A stretch of 54,195 nt of DNA from an uncultured bacterium (lineage in GTDB: Bacteria > Cyanobacteriota > Cyanobacteriia > CAZCXK01), in contig CAZCXK010000017.1 in assembly GCA_964502605.1 (NCBI GenBank), positions 8,681-62,875 of the forward strand, read 5' to 3'. Position 1 is the stretch's first letter, and each line of letters opens with the position of its first letter. Of this stretch, positions 1 through 8,875 are shown piece after piece. A program made the position numbers and the translations under genes. A model generated the notes under the pieces. That model did not search any database. It was not told the DNA's origin and saw nothing but the letters and a program-made list of their open reading frames with translations.

Positions 1-201
1 ATGAAACGTTTCATACGGTTTACGCCTCAGTGCAAGGCTCAGCGCAATGTAGAGATTTCCACTAATTCGGTTGTGCTCAGGTGTACCACCAGTCATGAGA
101 ACGATTTCTCCATTGCGGTATTCGCTTCGAGTTTCTGCGGCTAGCTCAAGTTCGAGATACTCGTCAATGGTGAAGTTTTTTTTCTCGGCGTGAGTAATCA
201 T
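1..201 (-). CDS. Uma2 family (PD-(D/E)XK) putative endonuclease, 5' part, truncated by window edge
   Basis: Not in the ORF track. Manual translation from ATG at 201: MITHAEKKNFTIDEYLELELAAETRSEYRNGEIVLMTGGTPEHNRISGNL..., matching the typical Uma2 N-terminus (EYL.LE...R.EY.NG.I..M.GG...HN.I). Confidence 0.85.
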   Translation of the reverse strand, partial: MITHAEKKNFTIDEYLELELAAETRSEYRNGEIVLMTGGTPEHNRISGNLYIALSLALRRKPYETFH

Positions 202-404
202 GGTGACTAACCTCTGGAGCTTGACACTGCTGATTGGTTTAGGCGAGGGCGATCGCCCCTTACCCCAATCATGAGTGGCATTTAGCTGAGTTGCAAGTAG
301 CTAGTGCGATCGCCCCCTCCAACTCGCCTTAATGCCAGCAGTGATAAAGACACGCCATATTACTGTTGTTTCTGTTTACAACTTGCTCTATTCTCTGCGA
401 TCAA

Positions 405-597
405 GTGCTCAAACATGAGCAGCGTCCCCTAGCGGTGCTGACACACGCGCCAGGAGACTGACCCCCGACCCTGAATGAGCAGAATCGGAGGCTATGGATT
501 GTTTTACCACACTCCTGTAGTCACCCTAATTTGCAATGTCTTGTAGCGGGGTGGCTTTTTGTTTGAGCGCTCCTTCAACGATTCAACAGGAGTGTTT
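405..597 (+). promoter_or_regulatory. Structured 5' leader (candidate cis-regulatory RNA) with an 8-codon uORF at 494-520
   Basis: Complementary pairs 405-415/560-570 and 509-518/586-595 (perfect 10 bp covering the SD); hairpins at ~424-458, ~462-491 and ~519-556; GGAGG precedes ATG GAT TGT TTT ACC ACA CTC CTG TAG. Confidence 0.55.
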
Positions 598-601
598 CAG
601 G

Positions 602-853
602 ATGGTGAATGCAAACGAACCGCCAGAGCGGTTTGACTCTTTGTCGTGCCCCAATGGCGATCGCGAACCCTTGCGTGTTATTGCAGTCGGTTCGCTTAAG
701 GTGGTGAACCAATACATCATGCAGATGTATCAGCTCAATTACGCCCAGCCCTACGAATGGTCAAAACCCATTCCCACCGTCAATCCCAATGAAATCATGT
801 GCATTCTCACACGCTACTTCAAAGGGTTGAACGATTCACCCAGGCACAACTGA
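602..853 (+). CDS. Small hypothetical protein (83 aa), resembling a cyanobacterial family with REP...IGS...V...I..L....YA...EWS...P.....EIM.IL motif
   Basis: ORF 536..853; start moved to ATG 602, which lies 9 nt after AGGAG. Family resemblance is from recall. Confidence 0.7.
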   Translation: MVNANEPPERFDSLSCPNGDREPLRVIAVGSLKVVNQYIMQMYQLNYAQPYEWSKPIPTVNPNEIMCILTRYFKGLNDSPRHN

Positions 854-896
854 GCGTCTCCCAGTCGTTAGAGCGAGTAGCGAAATCGAGCCTAAC

Positions 897-927
897 CCCC
901 TGCAATCTCATTGCGGGATTGCAGGGG
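897..927 (+). terminator. Stem-loop downstream of the small gene (possible terminator or 3' stabiliser)
   Basis: CCCCTGCAATC (897-907) / GATTGCAGGGG (917-927), perfect 11-bp stem; no clear U-tract. Confidence 0.45.
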
Positions 928-1119
928 CGAATTGTCGCAAGCCATGAGCCCACCTTCACCCATCCTGGACTGGCCACATCGCCATCCTGCACTTGCAAAC
1001 ATAGATGATGCAAATACTCTATGTGTGATAAATATCTTGATGTTTGGGTCTGGTTGTGTCACTATTTGCTAACCGCTTTTGACGCAATTAATCACTGTGA
1101 CACTTTGCAGTGAGTTAAG

Positions 1120-1256
1120 CTGATTGCCTGACAGATCTTCGGAGTGTGGATTTCGGCTGCGCTCAATCCACGTCGTTGTAGACACCTTAGGCAGAGCGCA
1201 GCCGAAGCCTAAGGTACGGGAGAGTCAGCCTCTCACGAGTTTTGTCAGACAGCCAG
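1120..1256. mobile_element. MITE family A, copy 1 (137 bp)
   Basis: Imperfect TIRs CTGATTGCCTGACA.../...TGTCAGACAGCCAG; flanked by 10-bp direct repeat GTGAGTTAAG (1110-1119, 1257-1266); similar copy at 53200-53336. Confidence 0.85.
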
Positions 1257-1308
1257 GTGAGTTAAGTCCTTATCATTCTTCAATCTGATTAGTCAAGGTA
1301 AAAACCGA

Positions 1309-2418
1309 GTGGATACAACATTGAGGATTAATGCAGAGTTAAACCAGCTAGATTTAGAGCAGCCTCGCCATGAATACTTCTTCAAACTGCCCAATAATCT
1401 AAGCAAGTGGCTAATCATCAACATCTTAAAAGGGCAAGAAGAAAAAAACATCGTCATTGTCTATGTGATGGCAAATGTCCTTTTGACCACTGTTCCTGCA
1501 GCGATTAGCTTATACCTGCTGGAAGGAAACATACCTAATCTATTTGTATGTTTCCTGGGACTGTTTTATGTGCTTTTCAATCTATTTGTTTATGCCCGGT
1601 CGTTCATATTAGCGCTTCATTATTCCACGCACACCCCAATTTTCAACAAAAAATGGCAGTTTCTTAAGCATATCAACACGAGTATTTTATGTAATTTTTT
1701 TGGGATGCCCTTATGGACATACTACGCCCATCATATTGCGATGCATCATTGCGAGAATAATGTTTCTCCTCATGATGTAAGTTCGACAATGTCCTACCAA
1801 CGCGACTCTAAGCTCGAACATCTAAAATACATGCTGCGATATGTGATCGCAATATGGGTTGAATTGCCTTACCATCTGTTCCAGCGAAAACGGTATAAAG
1901 TTGCCTTCCGAGCCGTGGCGGGTACCGTGATATTTTTTACGAGCGTCTATGGCCTCTTTGGTGTCCGCCCGATTGCCACTTTGTTTGTATTTATTTTACC
2001 AACGATCATCCTATCGTTTGCGCTGATGGAAGGAAACTGGAAACAGCATATCTTTGTTGATCCGGATGATCCGACGAATAGTTATAAGTCAACCTTTGCC
2101 TGTATTAATACTCCAACAAACGCGCTCAACTTCAATGATGGCTATCACGTTGAGCATCACGAAAACCCTGCTGTGCCATGGCATCGTCTCCCAAATTATT
2201 TTCAGAGTCAAATTCCCAAGTATGCCGAGAATGACGGCTTTATATTTACAAACATCGGGTCTGGACAGGTGGGGACATTGGTTCTAAATGGCCAACTAGA
2301 GAAACTAGCAGAGCACTATGTTAATGTGGGGCAACCACCAAGGACAAAGGACGAGTTAGTAGCAGAGTTTAGGCGGCGGTTGCAGGCGATCGCCCCTTCC
2401 CCTCACCCTCTACAGTGA
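1309..2418 (+). CDS. Membrane fatty-acid desaturase superfamily protein
   Basis: Three His boxes (HYSTH, HHIAMHH, HVEHH) and several hydrophobic segments. Confidence 0.8.
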   Translation: MDTTLRINAELNQLDLEQPRHEYFFKLPNNLSKWLIINILKGQEEKNIVIVYVMANVLLTTVPAAISLYLLEGNIPNLFVCFLGLFYVLFNLFVYARSFILALHYSTHTPIFNKKWQFLKHINTSILCNFFGMPLWTYYAHHIAMHHCENNVSPHDVSSTMSYQRDSKLEHLKYMLRYVIAIWVELPYHLFQRKRYKVAFRAVAGTVIFFTSVYGLFGVRPIATLFVFILPTIILSFALMEGNWKQHIFVDPDDPTNSYKSTFACINTPTNALNFNDGYHVEHHENPAVPWHRLPNYFQSQIPKYAENDGFIFTNIGSGQVGTLVLNGQLEKLAEHYVNVGQPPRTKDELVAEFRRRLQAIAPSPHPLQ

Positions 2419-2438
2419 CGATTCAAGATTAACAGCAT

Positions 2439-4613
2439 CTAACCCTTGCGAACTGATTTCTGAGCCATAGCCATCAATATTTCATGGGCACTCTGTTCAG
2501 AGTTATTATCATCGGGCCGATGCTGAATATAGCTACCATCAGATTGCAGCTCCCATGCTTGCCGATTGTCAGCTAGCATGATTCCCAAGATTTCTTGCAA
2601 GTCTTTGATAATGTCAGGATCTTCAATAGGAGCAACGGCTTCAATACGGCGGTCAAGGTTGCGCGGCATCCAATCGGCACTGCCAATGAAGATTTCCTCT
2701 GCTCCGCTGTTATGGAAATAGAAAATCCGAGAATGTTCTAAAAAGCGCCCAATAATGCTAATCACGCGAATATTTTCGCTCACTCCTTCAACACCGGGAC
2801 GGAGGCAGCAAATTCCTCGCACAATCAAATCAATTTTGACTCCTGCTTGCGAAGCTTCATAGAGCGTCTCAATAATCATGGGGTCAACTAGGGCATTCAT
2901 TTTAGCCACAATGCGAGCATGGTCGCCATTTTTTGCATGCTCAATTTCACGGCGGATGAGTTCAACCATGCGATCGCGCAGACTCACGGGTGCAATCAGC
3001 AATTTGCGATATGATCGCTGCCGCGAATAGCCGGTGAGGTAGTTAAACAAATCCGTCAGATCAGCTCCCAAATCTCCCCGACAACTGAGCAACCCCAAAT
3101 CGGTGTAGATGCGTGCCGTCTTGGGGTTATAGTTGCCTGTGCCAATATGCACATAGCGGCGTAGGCGCTCATCTTCTTTCCGCACCACCAAGACCACCTT
3201 TGTGTGAGTCTTCAACCCCATCAGGCCATAGACGACATGCACCCCCGATCGCTCTAGCTTACGAGCCCAGACAATATTATTTTCTTCGTCAAATCGAGCC
3301 TTGAGTTCAACTAATACAGCAACCTGTTTGCCATTTTCTGCCGCTGCAATCAGCGCATTAATAATCGGCGAATCACCCGACGTGCGATAGAGGGTCATTT
3401 TGATAGCTAGCACATGGGGATCATGCGCCGCATGCGTAATGAAACGCTGCACGGTGGCTGAAAATGAATGATAGGGGTGATGCACCATCACATCTTTGCG
3501 ACGAATGATTGAGAAAAAATCTTCTCCATCTTCAGCATCTTCAAAGGCTGATTCGCTCTCAAGTTCACTGACGCCCTCTAACCTAGGGGGTATAATGGGC
3601 ATCCAGGGATGATCCTTAAGTGATGGCAAAGGCAAATCCATAAACGACATTAGCCCATCGAGACCGAGTAACCCCTCGATTTCATAGACATCGGCATCGA
3701 GCAGCCTCATTTCCTGCATCAGGGTTTCTTTCACAAATTCAGGCGTAGAGGGCTGAATTTCCATTCTCACCACCGAACCACCCAGCCGGCGCTTACGTAA
3801 TTCTTTCTCGATCGCCAGCATCAAGTCATCGGCTTCATCTTCTTCCACTGCTAGGTCGGCGTTGCGCGTAATCCGAAAGGGATAATATTCCTGAATTTTC
3901 ATGCCAGGAAAAAGAAATTCGAGGTTATGAGCAATCACCTGCTCAAGTGCAACCCCGACCCAGTTGACAGACTGAACATCATTCACCGCATGCAGATGCT
4001 GGGGCAATGACACAAAGCGCGGCTTGGGCACCTTGATGCGGGCAAAGCGCTCAATCTTAGTTTCAGGATCTTGCATCACCACAGCAAGATTGAGGCTGAG
4101 GTTAGAAATGTAGGGAAATGGATGCCCCGGATCAACTGCTAGCGGAGTCAGCACCGGAAAGATTTGCTCTTTGAAGTAGTTTTGCAAATAGCGGCGCTGC
4201 TCTGGATTGAGATCGACATAGTCAATTAAGTAAATGCCATTTTCAGCAAGCAGGGGGCGCAGCACCTCTTGAAAGTGGTGGTGCTGCTCTGACACCATAG
4301 GCCGCAGAACATTACTAATGTCATCAAGTTGCTGTTGTGGAGTCCGACCATCGGGTGTGAGTTTGCTAACTTGAGCCTCGACTTGCTGTTTAAGTCCGGC
4401 GACTCGCACCATGAAGTATTCATCAAGATTGGCGCTAAAGATAGCCATAAATTTGAGCCGTTCCAGCAGTGGCGTGCGGGCGTCGAAGGCTTCATGGAGA
4501 ACGCGCCGATTAAATTCTAGCCAACTCAGCTCCCGGTTGAAATAGTAGTGTGGGTTGCTCAGATCGAGCGACGAATCAGATCGAGATGTTCGGCGTTCAG
4601 TAGTCTTTGTCAT
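2439..4613 (-). CDS. ppk1: Polyphosphate kinase 1
   Basis: YFNRELSWLEFNRRVL, HPFPYISNLSLN, IKMTLYRT, KTHTK, HIGTGNYN and GSADWMPRNLDRRIE motifs; ATG 4613 preferred as start. Confidence 0.97.
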   Translation of the reverse strand: MTKTTERRTSRSDSSLDLSNPHYYFNRELSWLEFNRRVLHEAFDARTPLLERLKFMAIFSANLDEYFMVRVAGLKQQVEAQVSKLTPDGRTPQQQLDDISNVLRPMVSEQHHHFQEVLRPLLAENGIYLIDYVDLNPEQRRYLQNYFKEQIFPVLTPLAVDPGHPFPYISNLSLNLAVVMQDPETKIERFARIKVPKPRFVSLPQHLHAVNDVQSVNWVGVALEQVIAHNLEFLFPGMKIQEYYPFRITRNADLAVEEDEADDLMLAIEKELRKRRLGGSVVRMEIQPSTPEFVKETLMQEMRLLDADVYEIEGLLGLDGLMSFMDLPLPSLKDHPWMPIIPPRLEGVSELESESAFEDAEDGEDFFSIIRRKDVMVHHPYHSFSATVQRFITHAAHDPHVLAIKMTLYRTSGDSPIINALIAAAENGKQVAVLVELKARFDEENNIVWARKLERSGVHVVYGLMGLKTHTKVVLVVRKEDERLRRYVHIGTGNYNPKTARIYTDLGLLSCRGDLGADLTDLFNYLTGYSRQRSYRKLLIAPVSLRDRMVELIRREIEHAKNGDHARIVAKMNALVDPMIIETLYEASQAGVKIDLIVRGICCLRPGVEGVSENIRVISIIGRFLEHSRIFYFHNSGAEEIFIGSADWMPRNLDRRIEAVAPIEDPDIIKDLQEILGIMLADNRQAWELQSDGSYIQHRPDDNNSEQSAHEILMAMAQKSVRKG

Positions 4614-4732
4614 ACGTTTACGGAGTGGCAAGATGCTCAAGTCGGCTCAGGGAATGTGGTATTAATCTAAAACGTTATCAATTTAAGGCAAAGCCGAGGT
4701 TAAGAGACATTAAGTGCAAGCAGGCAAATACC

Positions 4733-5132
4733 CTGATTGACCAACAAAAGATCTTGAGTTGGGCGCGGCAACCACACCCTTACAAAATTTCATATTGCGT
4801 AGTGGGCAGGTCTCCTATCTCTATGTGTCTACCGTGTACACACAAGTCGAGCCGATCCTCCCTACCCCTCCTTAAAAAAGAGGGAACTGGATTGAAGTTC
4901 CCCTTTTTAAGGGGGATTAAAGGGGGATCGAGCAGAGTTTTAGCGCCTCATACGAGATGTGTATATACAGTAGACTTAAACAAGGAGGGAACCGAGCTAA
5001 CAGGGCTCAAAGTCCTTCTTTATTAATGGGAATTAAGGGGGATCAAACCACGATTTGCAACTCATCCAAAGATTTGTGTACGGAGTAACTCTATGTGGGG
5101 CACGAATTTCAGCAGTTTTGTCCGTCAATCAG
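4733..5132. mobile_element. MITE family B element interrupted by a nested MITE
   Basis: Ends CTGATTGACCAACAAAA... and ...TTTTGTCCGTCAATCAG; ends related to the element at 24826-24956. Confidence 0.7.
4829..5088. mobile_element. Nested MITE family C: complete 4829-4973 copy plus a second right-hand part 4974-5088
   Basis: Termini CTACCGTGTACACACAAGTC / GATGTGTATATACAGTAG; internal GATCCTCCC...TTAAAAA...GGGAACT/AGTTCCC...TTTTTAA...GGGGGATC palindrome; flanked by CTCTATGTG direct repeats (4819-4827, 5089-5097). Confidence 0.75.
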
Positions 5133-5178
5133 GAAGAATTACTGAAATTTGCCTAATCGTTCTTCTTCCCCAAACAGC

Positions 5179-5280
5179 CTGATTGACGGACAAAACTATT
5201 TACAACCCATATCCTGCATTGGGTTAGGAGACCTGATCCCTACATCAGATGAAATACTGTAAGGGTGAGGTTTCCGCATT
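5179..5280. mobile_element. MITE family B, truncated copy
   Basis: First ~70 bp (CTGATTGACGGACAAAACTATTTACAACCC...CCCTACATCAG) nearly identical to 24826 onward; right TIR not found. Confidence 0.75.
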
Positions 5281-5517
5281 TTTGATGCTCTGAGTGATTA
5301 TTAAAGCACTCAAAGTGATTATTTTTGGACGAGGTTATTCGGCTCCAACCTAATCATATTAAGGGTTTCCTCCTAATTAACTTGTATGTTGAGACCTGAT
5401 TGACTTGTATGTTGAGGCGACGTTGAGGCGAAGACAGCGCTGATTCGAGGGATGATATTCGGAAGTTGATGGCATCGCCGTGGGGAGCATCCCACATCTG
5501 AGGCGATCGCCCTACGA

Positions 5518-5739
5518 CTAAGCCGAATCACCAAACACCTCTGCTTCCTGCCCGACCCACCATTCACCCAGTTCCATGAGGTCGTGCTGCAGCGCCTCTA
5601 ATTCAGCAACATAATCTTCCGTTGAGAGTGATGCGCGACGTTCTTGCAGCTTCCGCAGACGCAGCTGGAGCAGCAGCCAAGGCTGATATTCTTTGCCAGA
5701 TTCTTCCATGTAGCGGGCGAGGGAATGGCTATCAAGCAT
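5518..5739 (-). CDS. Small hypothetical protein (73 aa), likely conserved in cyanobacteria
   Basis: ATG start, helical charged sequence with YQPWLLLQLRL and LGEWWVGQE..VF; family resemblance from recall. Confidence 0.7.
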   Translation of the reverse strand: MLDSHSLARYMEESGKEYQPWLLLQLRLRKLQERRASLSTEDYVAELEALQHDLMELGEWWVGQEAEVFGDSA

Positions 5740-5928
5740 GAGGGGCTGTAGGGTGAGAGGGTTTGGGAGGCGGAGTTGAATCAGTCATTTGGACGTGGGG
5801 CATGGATGTTTCGCCTTGTGCGAATGCTGTCATCTTAGACAATTTAGACAATATTGACTTCCAGGTTACGATCGCGTCGAGGGGCCAGAAATGCAGCTAT
5901 CATAACCTTTGGTATAGCGGCTAATGAT

Positions 5929-7341
5929 ATGGGTAGACAGCGTTCACTTTTGGCTGTAATTCTGGTGCTGGCGATCGCCGCCATCGTGGTGATTGTGCAG
6001 CTTCCTGTGCGGTTGGGGCTTGATTTGCAAGGGGGTTCCCAGCTTACGCTGCAGGTGAGAACAACGGATGCAGTCCCAGAAATCTCGGACGACGATTTGG
6101 AAGCCGTCAAGCGTGTGATCGAAAATCGCATCAATGGCTTAGGGGTTTCTGAATCTGAGGTGCGCACCACTAGCAATAATCAGCTGTTGATCCAACTGCC
6201 GGGGGTGAGCGATCCGCAGCAGGCTGAGCGGGTGTTGGGCGGCACTGCCCAGCTTGACTTCCGCCAACAGCAGCAGGGAACGGAAATCCAGACGCTGCAG
6301 GCTCTAATTTTTCAACGCGACCAGATTGAAAGTGTGCTAGATCAAACTCCGGCAGCATCAGAGGGGCTCGAAACTGCTCAGGAAGACCTGCGGCAGGCCA
6401 ATGAGGCGATCGCCACGCTGTTTGAGAAAACAGAGCTAACGGGCGAAATGCTGAGAACCGCTGCGCCACAGCCTTCTCAGTCGGGTAATACCTGGGAAGT
6501 CGTGATTGAGTTTGATTCGCGCGGGGCAGACTTGTTTGCCGAACTGACTAAAAATGTCGCGGGCACGGGGCGCACGTTGGGCATTTTTCTCGACAATGAG
6601 CTGATTAGTGCCCCCACTGTGGGCGTCGAGTTTGCTGAGCTGGGCATTACAGGCGGGCGGGCCAGCATTTCGGGGCGTTTTACGGTGCAAGAAGCCCGTG
6701 ATCTGGCGATTCAACTCCGGGGAGGGGCTCTGCCAGTGCCCGTTGACATTGTCGAAAATCGCACTGTAGGAGCCACTCTGGGGCGTGATAGCATTCGCCG
6801 CAGCCTCTATGCGGGGCTGGGTGGGTTGATTTTAGTGCTGCTGTTTATGGTGGTCTACTATCGCTTACCTGGGGCGATCGCCGATGTAGCTCTCATGATT
6901 TATGCGATTCTGACGTTTGCGGCCTTTAGCCTCTTGCAAGTGACGCTAACTCTACCGGGCATTGCGGGCTTCATCCTTAGCATTGGCATGGCCGTTGATG
7001 CCAACGTCCTGATTTTTGAGCGTACCCGCGAAGAACTCAGAGCCGGACGGACGCTCTATCGCTCGGTCGAATCTGGCTTTTATCGAGCCTTTTCCAGCAT
7101 TCTCGATAGCAATGTCACCACGCTGATTGCCTGTGCCGCGCTCTATTGGCTAGGAACTGGGTTGGTCAGGGGCTTTGCCCTCACTCTGGCCATTGGCATT
7201 GGCGTCAGCATGTTTACAGCGCTCACCTGTAGCCGCACGCTGCTGTTGGTAGCACTCAGCATTCCAGACTTGCGGAAACCCAACTGGTTTTGCCCCAACC
7301 CCCCTCTGCCGTCTAAGAATCAGGCTAAACCGACATCATGA
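5929..7341 (+). CDS. secD: Protein translocase subunit SecD
   Basis: [38 protein letters not shown]; start moved to MGRQ at 5929. Confidence 0.97.
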   Translation: MGRQRSLLAVILVLAIAAIVVIVQLPVRLGLDLQGGSQLTLQVRTTDAVPEISDDDLEAVKRVIENRINGLGVSESEVRTTSNNQLLIQLPGVSDPQQAERVLGGTAQLDFRQQQQGTEIQTLQALIFQRDQIESVLDQTPAASEGLETAQEDLRQANEAIATLFEKTELTGEMLRTAAPQPSQSGNTWEVVIEFDSRGADLFAELTKNVAGTGRTLGIFLDNELISAPTVGVEFAELGITGGRASISGRFTVQEARDLAIQLRGGALPVPVDIVENRTVGATLGRDSIRRSLYAGLGGLILVLLFMVVYYRLPGAIADVALMIYAILTFAAFSLLQVTLTLPGIAGFILSIGMAVDANVLIFERTREELRAGRTLYRSVESGFYRAFSSILDSNVTTLIACAALYWLGTGLVRGFALTLAIGIGVSMFTALTCSRTLLLVALSIPDLRKPNWFCPNPPLPSKNQAKPTS

Positions 7342-8354
7342 CACCGATCAAATTTTATGTAACTCGACAGCGCCGCCTCTGGTGGGCAATTTCAGGTGTT
7401 TTGGCGATCGCCAGCATTGTGTGCATGCTCATTTCATGGCAGCAGCTCGGCAGCCCACTGCGGCCAGGGCTTGACTTTGTCGGCGGCACGCGACTGCAGC
7501 TCGAGATCGACTGTAGCCAACCTGAGGCTTGTGACCAACCGATTGACATTGCCGAAGTACGCCAGGTGGCAGCAGAGCAAGGGTTAGAAAATAGCACCAT
7601 TCAAATTGTGGGACAAGATCGGCAGGGCGTTTCGATTCGTGCTCCTGAGTTGGGCGTGGAGCGGCGGACGCAGTTGATTACGGCACTAGAAACGGCAGTC
7701 GGTCAGTTTGATGCGACTCAGACTCAGATTGATACGGTTGGCCCTGCGATTGGGCAGCAAATTCTCACATCAGGGCTAACGGCTCTGATCGTCGCCTTCT
7801 TTGGCATTGCCGCCTATCTGAGTCTGCGGTTTCAGTTTGACTACGCCATGTTTGCCATCATCGCGCTATTTCATGACGTGCTGATTACCGTTGGGGTGTT
7901 CTCATTCTTGGGGCTGGTCGCCAATCGAGAAATTGATAGTCTGTTTATCGTGGCTCTGCTCACCATTGTGGGCTTTTCTGTGAATGACACGGTCGTCATC
8001 TACGATCGCATTCGAGAAACTCTAGCGCCTAACCCCACCCGATCTATTAACGACGTCGTCGATGCTGCTGTCAGTCAGACTCTGGCGCGCTCAATTAACA
8101 CAACTTTAACCACGACCCTATCGCTAATCGCCATTCTGTTATTTGGTGGGGAAACGCTGAAATATTTTGCCCTAACCCTGGTGATTGGCTTTATTTTGGG
8201 TGCTTATTCCAGCATCTTTGTGGCTAGCACGCTGCTGGGCTGGTGGCGGGAAACGTTTAAGACTTCAGCTGTTAGCGTAGCGGCAGCAGAGGAGGGCGGC
8301 GAGGCTCCGGCAGATATGGCCTCGAATGCCACTCCCAATCCGGAAGACGTCTAA
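7338..8354 (+). CDS. secF: Protein translocase subunit SecF
   Basis: [37 protein letters not shown]; ATGA overlap with secD. Confidence 0.97.
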   Translation: MTPIKFYVTRQRRLWWAISGVLAIASIVCMLISWQQLGSPLRPGLDFVGGTRLQLEIDCSQPEACDQPIDIAEVRQVAAEQGLENSTIQIVGQDRQGVSIRAPELGVERRTQLITALETAVGQFDATQTQIDTVGPAIGQQILTSGLTALIVAFFGIAAYLSLRFQFDYAMFAIIALFHDVLITVGVFSFLGLVANREIDSLFIVALLTIVGFSVNDTVVIYDRIRETLAPNPTRSINDVVDAAVSQTLARSINTTLTTTLSLIAILLFGGETLKYFALTLVIGFILGAYSSIFVASTLLGWWRETFKTSAVSVAAAEEGGEAPADMASNATPNPEDV

Positions 8355-8453
8355 GATTTTTGGCCTGCAGCCATCTCACTCCAGACAGCCTCTATCGATT
8401 TCACGTTGCCCATCTCCATCGTTCGTTTATTGCTGAGCGCATCATCAGACTCA

Positions 8454-8864
8454 ATGCCCACGTTTCATTCCCCTACATCTCCAGATTCTGAGGACTATGC
8501 TCCAGAATTTCGCCACGAGATGGAGCGACTCTATCGGCTGCTGGTCTATGTCCGTTGGCTGGCGATCGCGCTGTTATGGCTATTTGTCGGCTCATTGAGC
8601 CTATGGCAACTGCGCCCAGACTTTAAGCTGTGGCGAGACTACTTTACCTGGACAGCCGTTCGCTATAGTCTGGCGTTTCATCCGTTGGCCACCCTGGGGT
8701 TATCGCTTTGCGTGGGGTTTACGGTTGGGGTTTTGGTGTGGCAGAGCCGCACCATTCTCTTTGGTGTTTCGCAAGAGCAGACCCGGCGGTTAGAGACCCA
8801 ACTCTATCGCATTCGGCAGCAAGGAGCGAGCCATCCCTTGTGGCGCTGGGTCTGTAAGCGGTGA
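8454..8864 (+). CDS. Hypothetical membrane protein (2 TM)
   Basis: Two hydrophobic helices, YFTW.A.RY and C-terminal QG.SHPLW.WV; follows secF. ATG 8454 chosen as start. Confidence 0.75.
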   Translation: MPTFHSPTSPDSEDYAPEFRHEMERLYRLLVYVRWLAIALLWLFVGSLSLWQLRPDFKLWRDYFTWTAVRYSLAFHPLATLGLSLCVGFTVGVLVWQSRTILFGVSQEQTRRLETQLYRIRQQGASHPLWRWVCKR

Positions 8865-8875
8865 GGCGCTTGCAA

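Noticed and set aside
4607-5026. 139-aa ORF
   Set aside because: Reads through nested MITEs; no protein features.
5380-5431. Short duplications (ACTTGTATGTTGAG x2, GTTGAGGCGA x2)
   Set aside because: Probably slippage or MITE debris; no functional signal.
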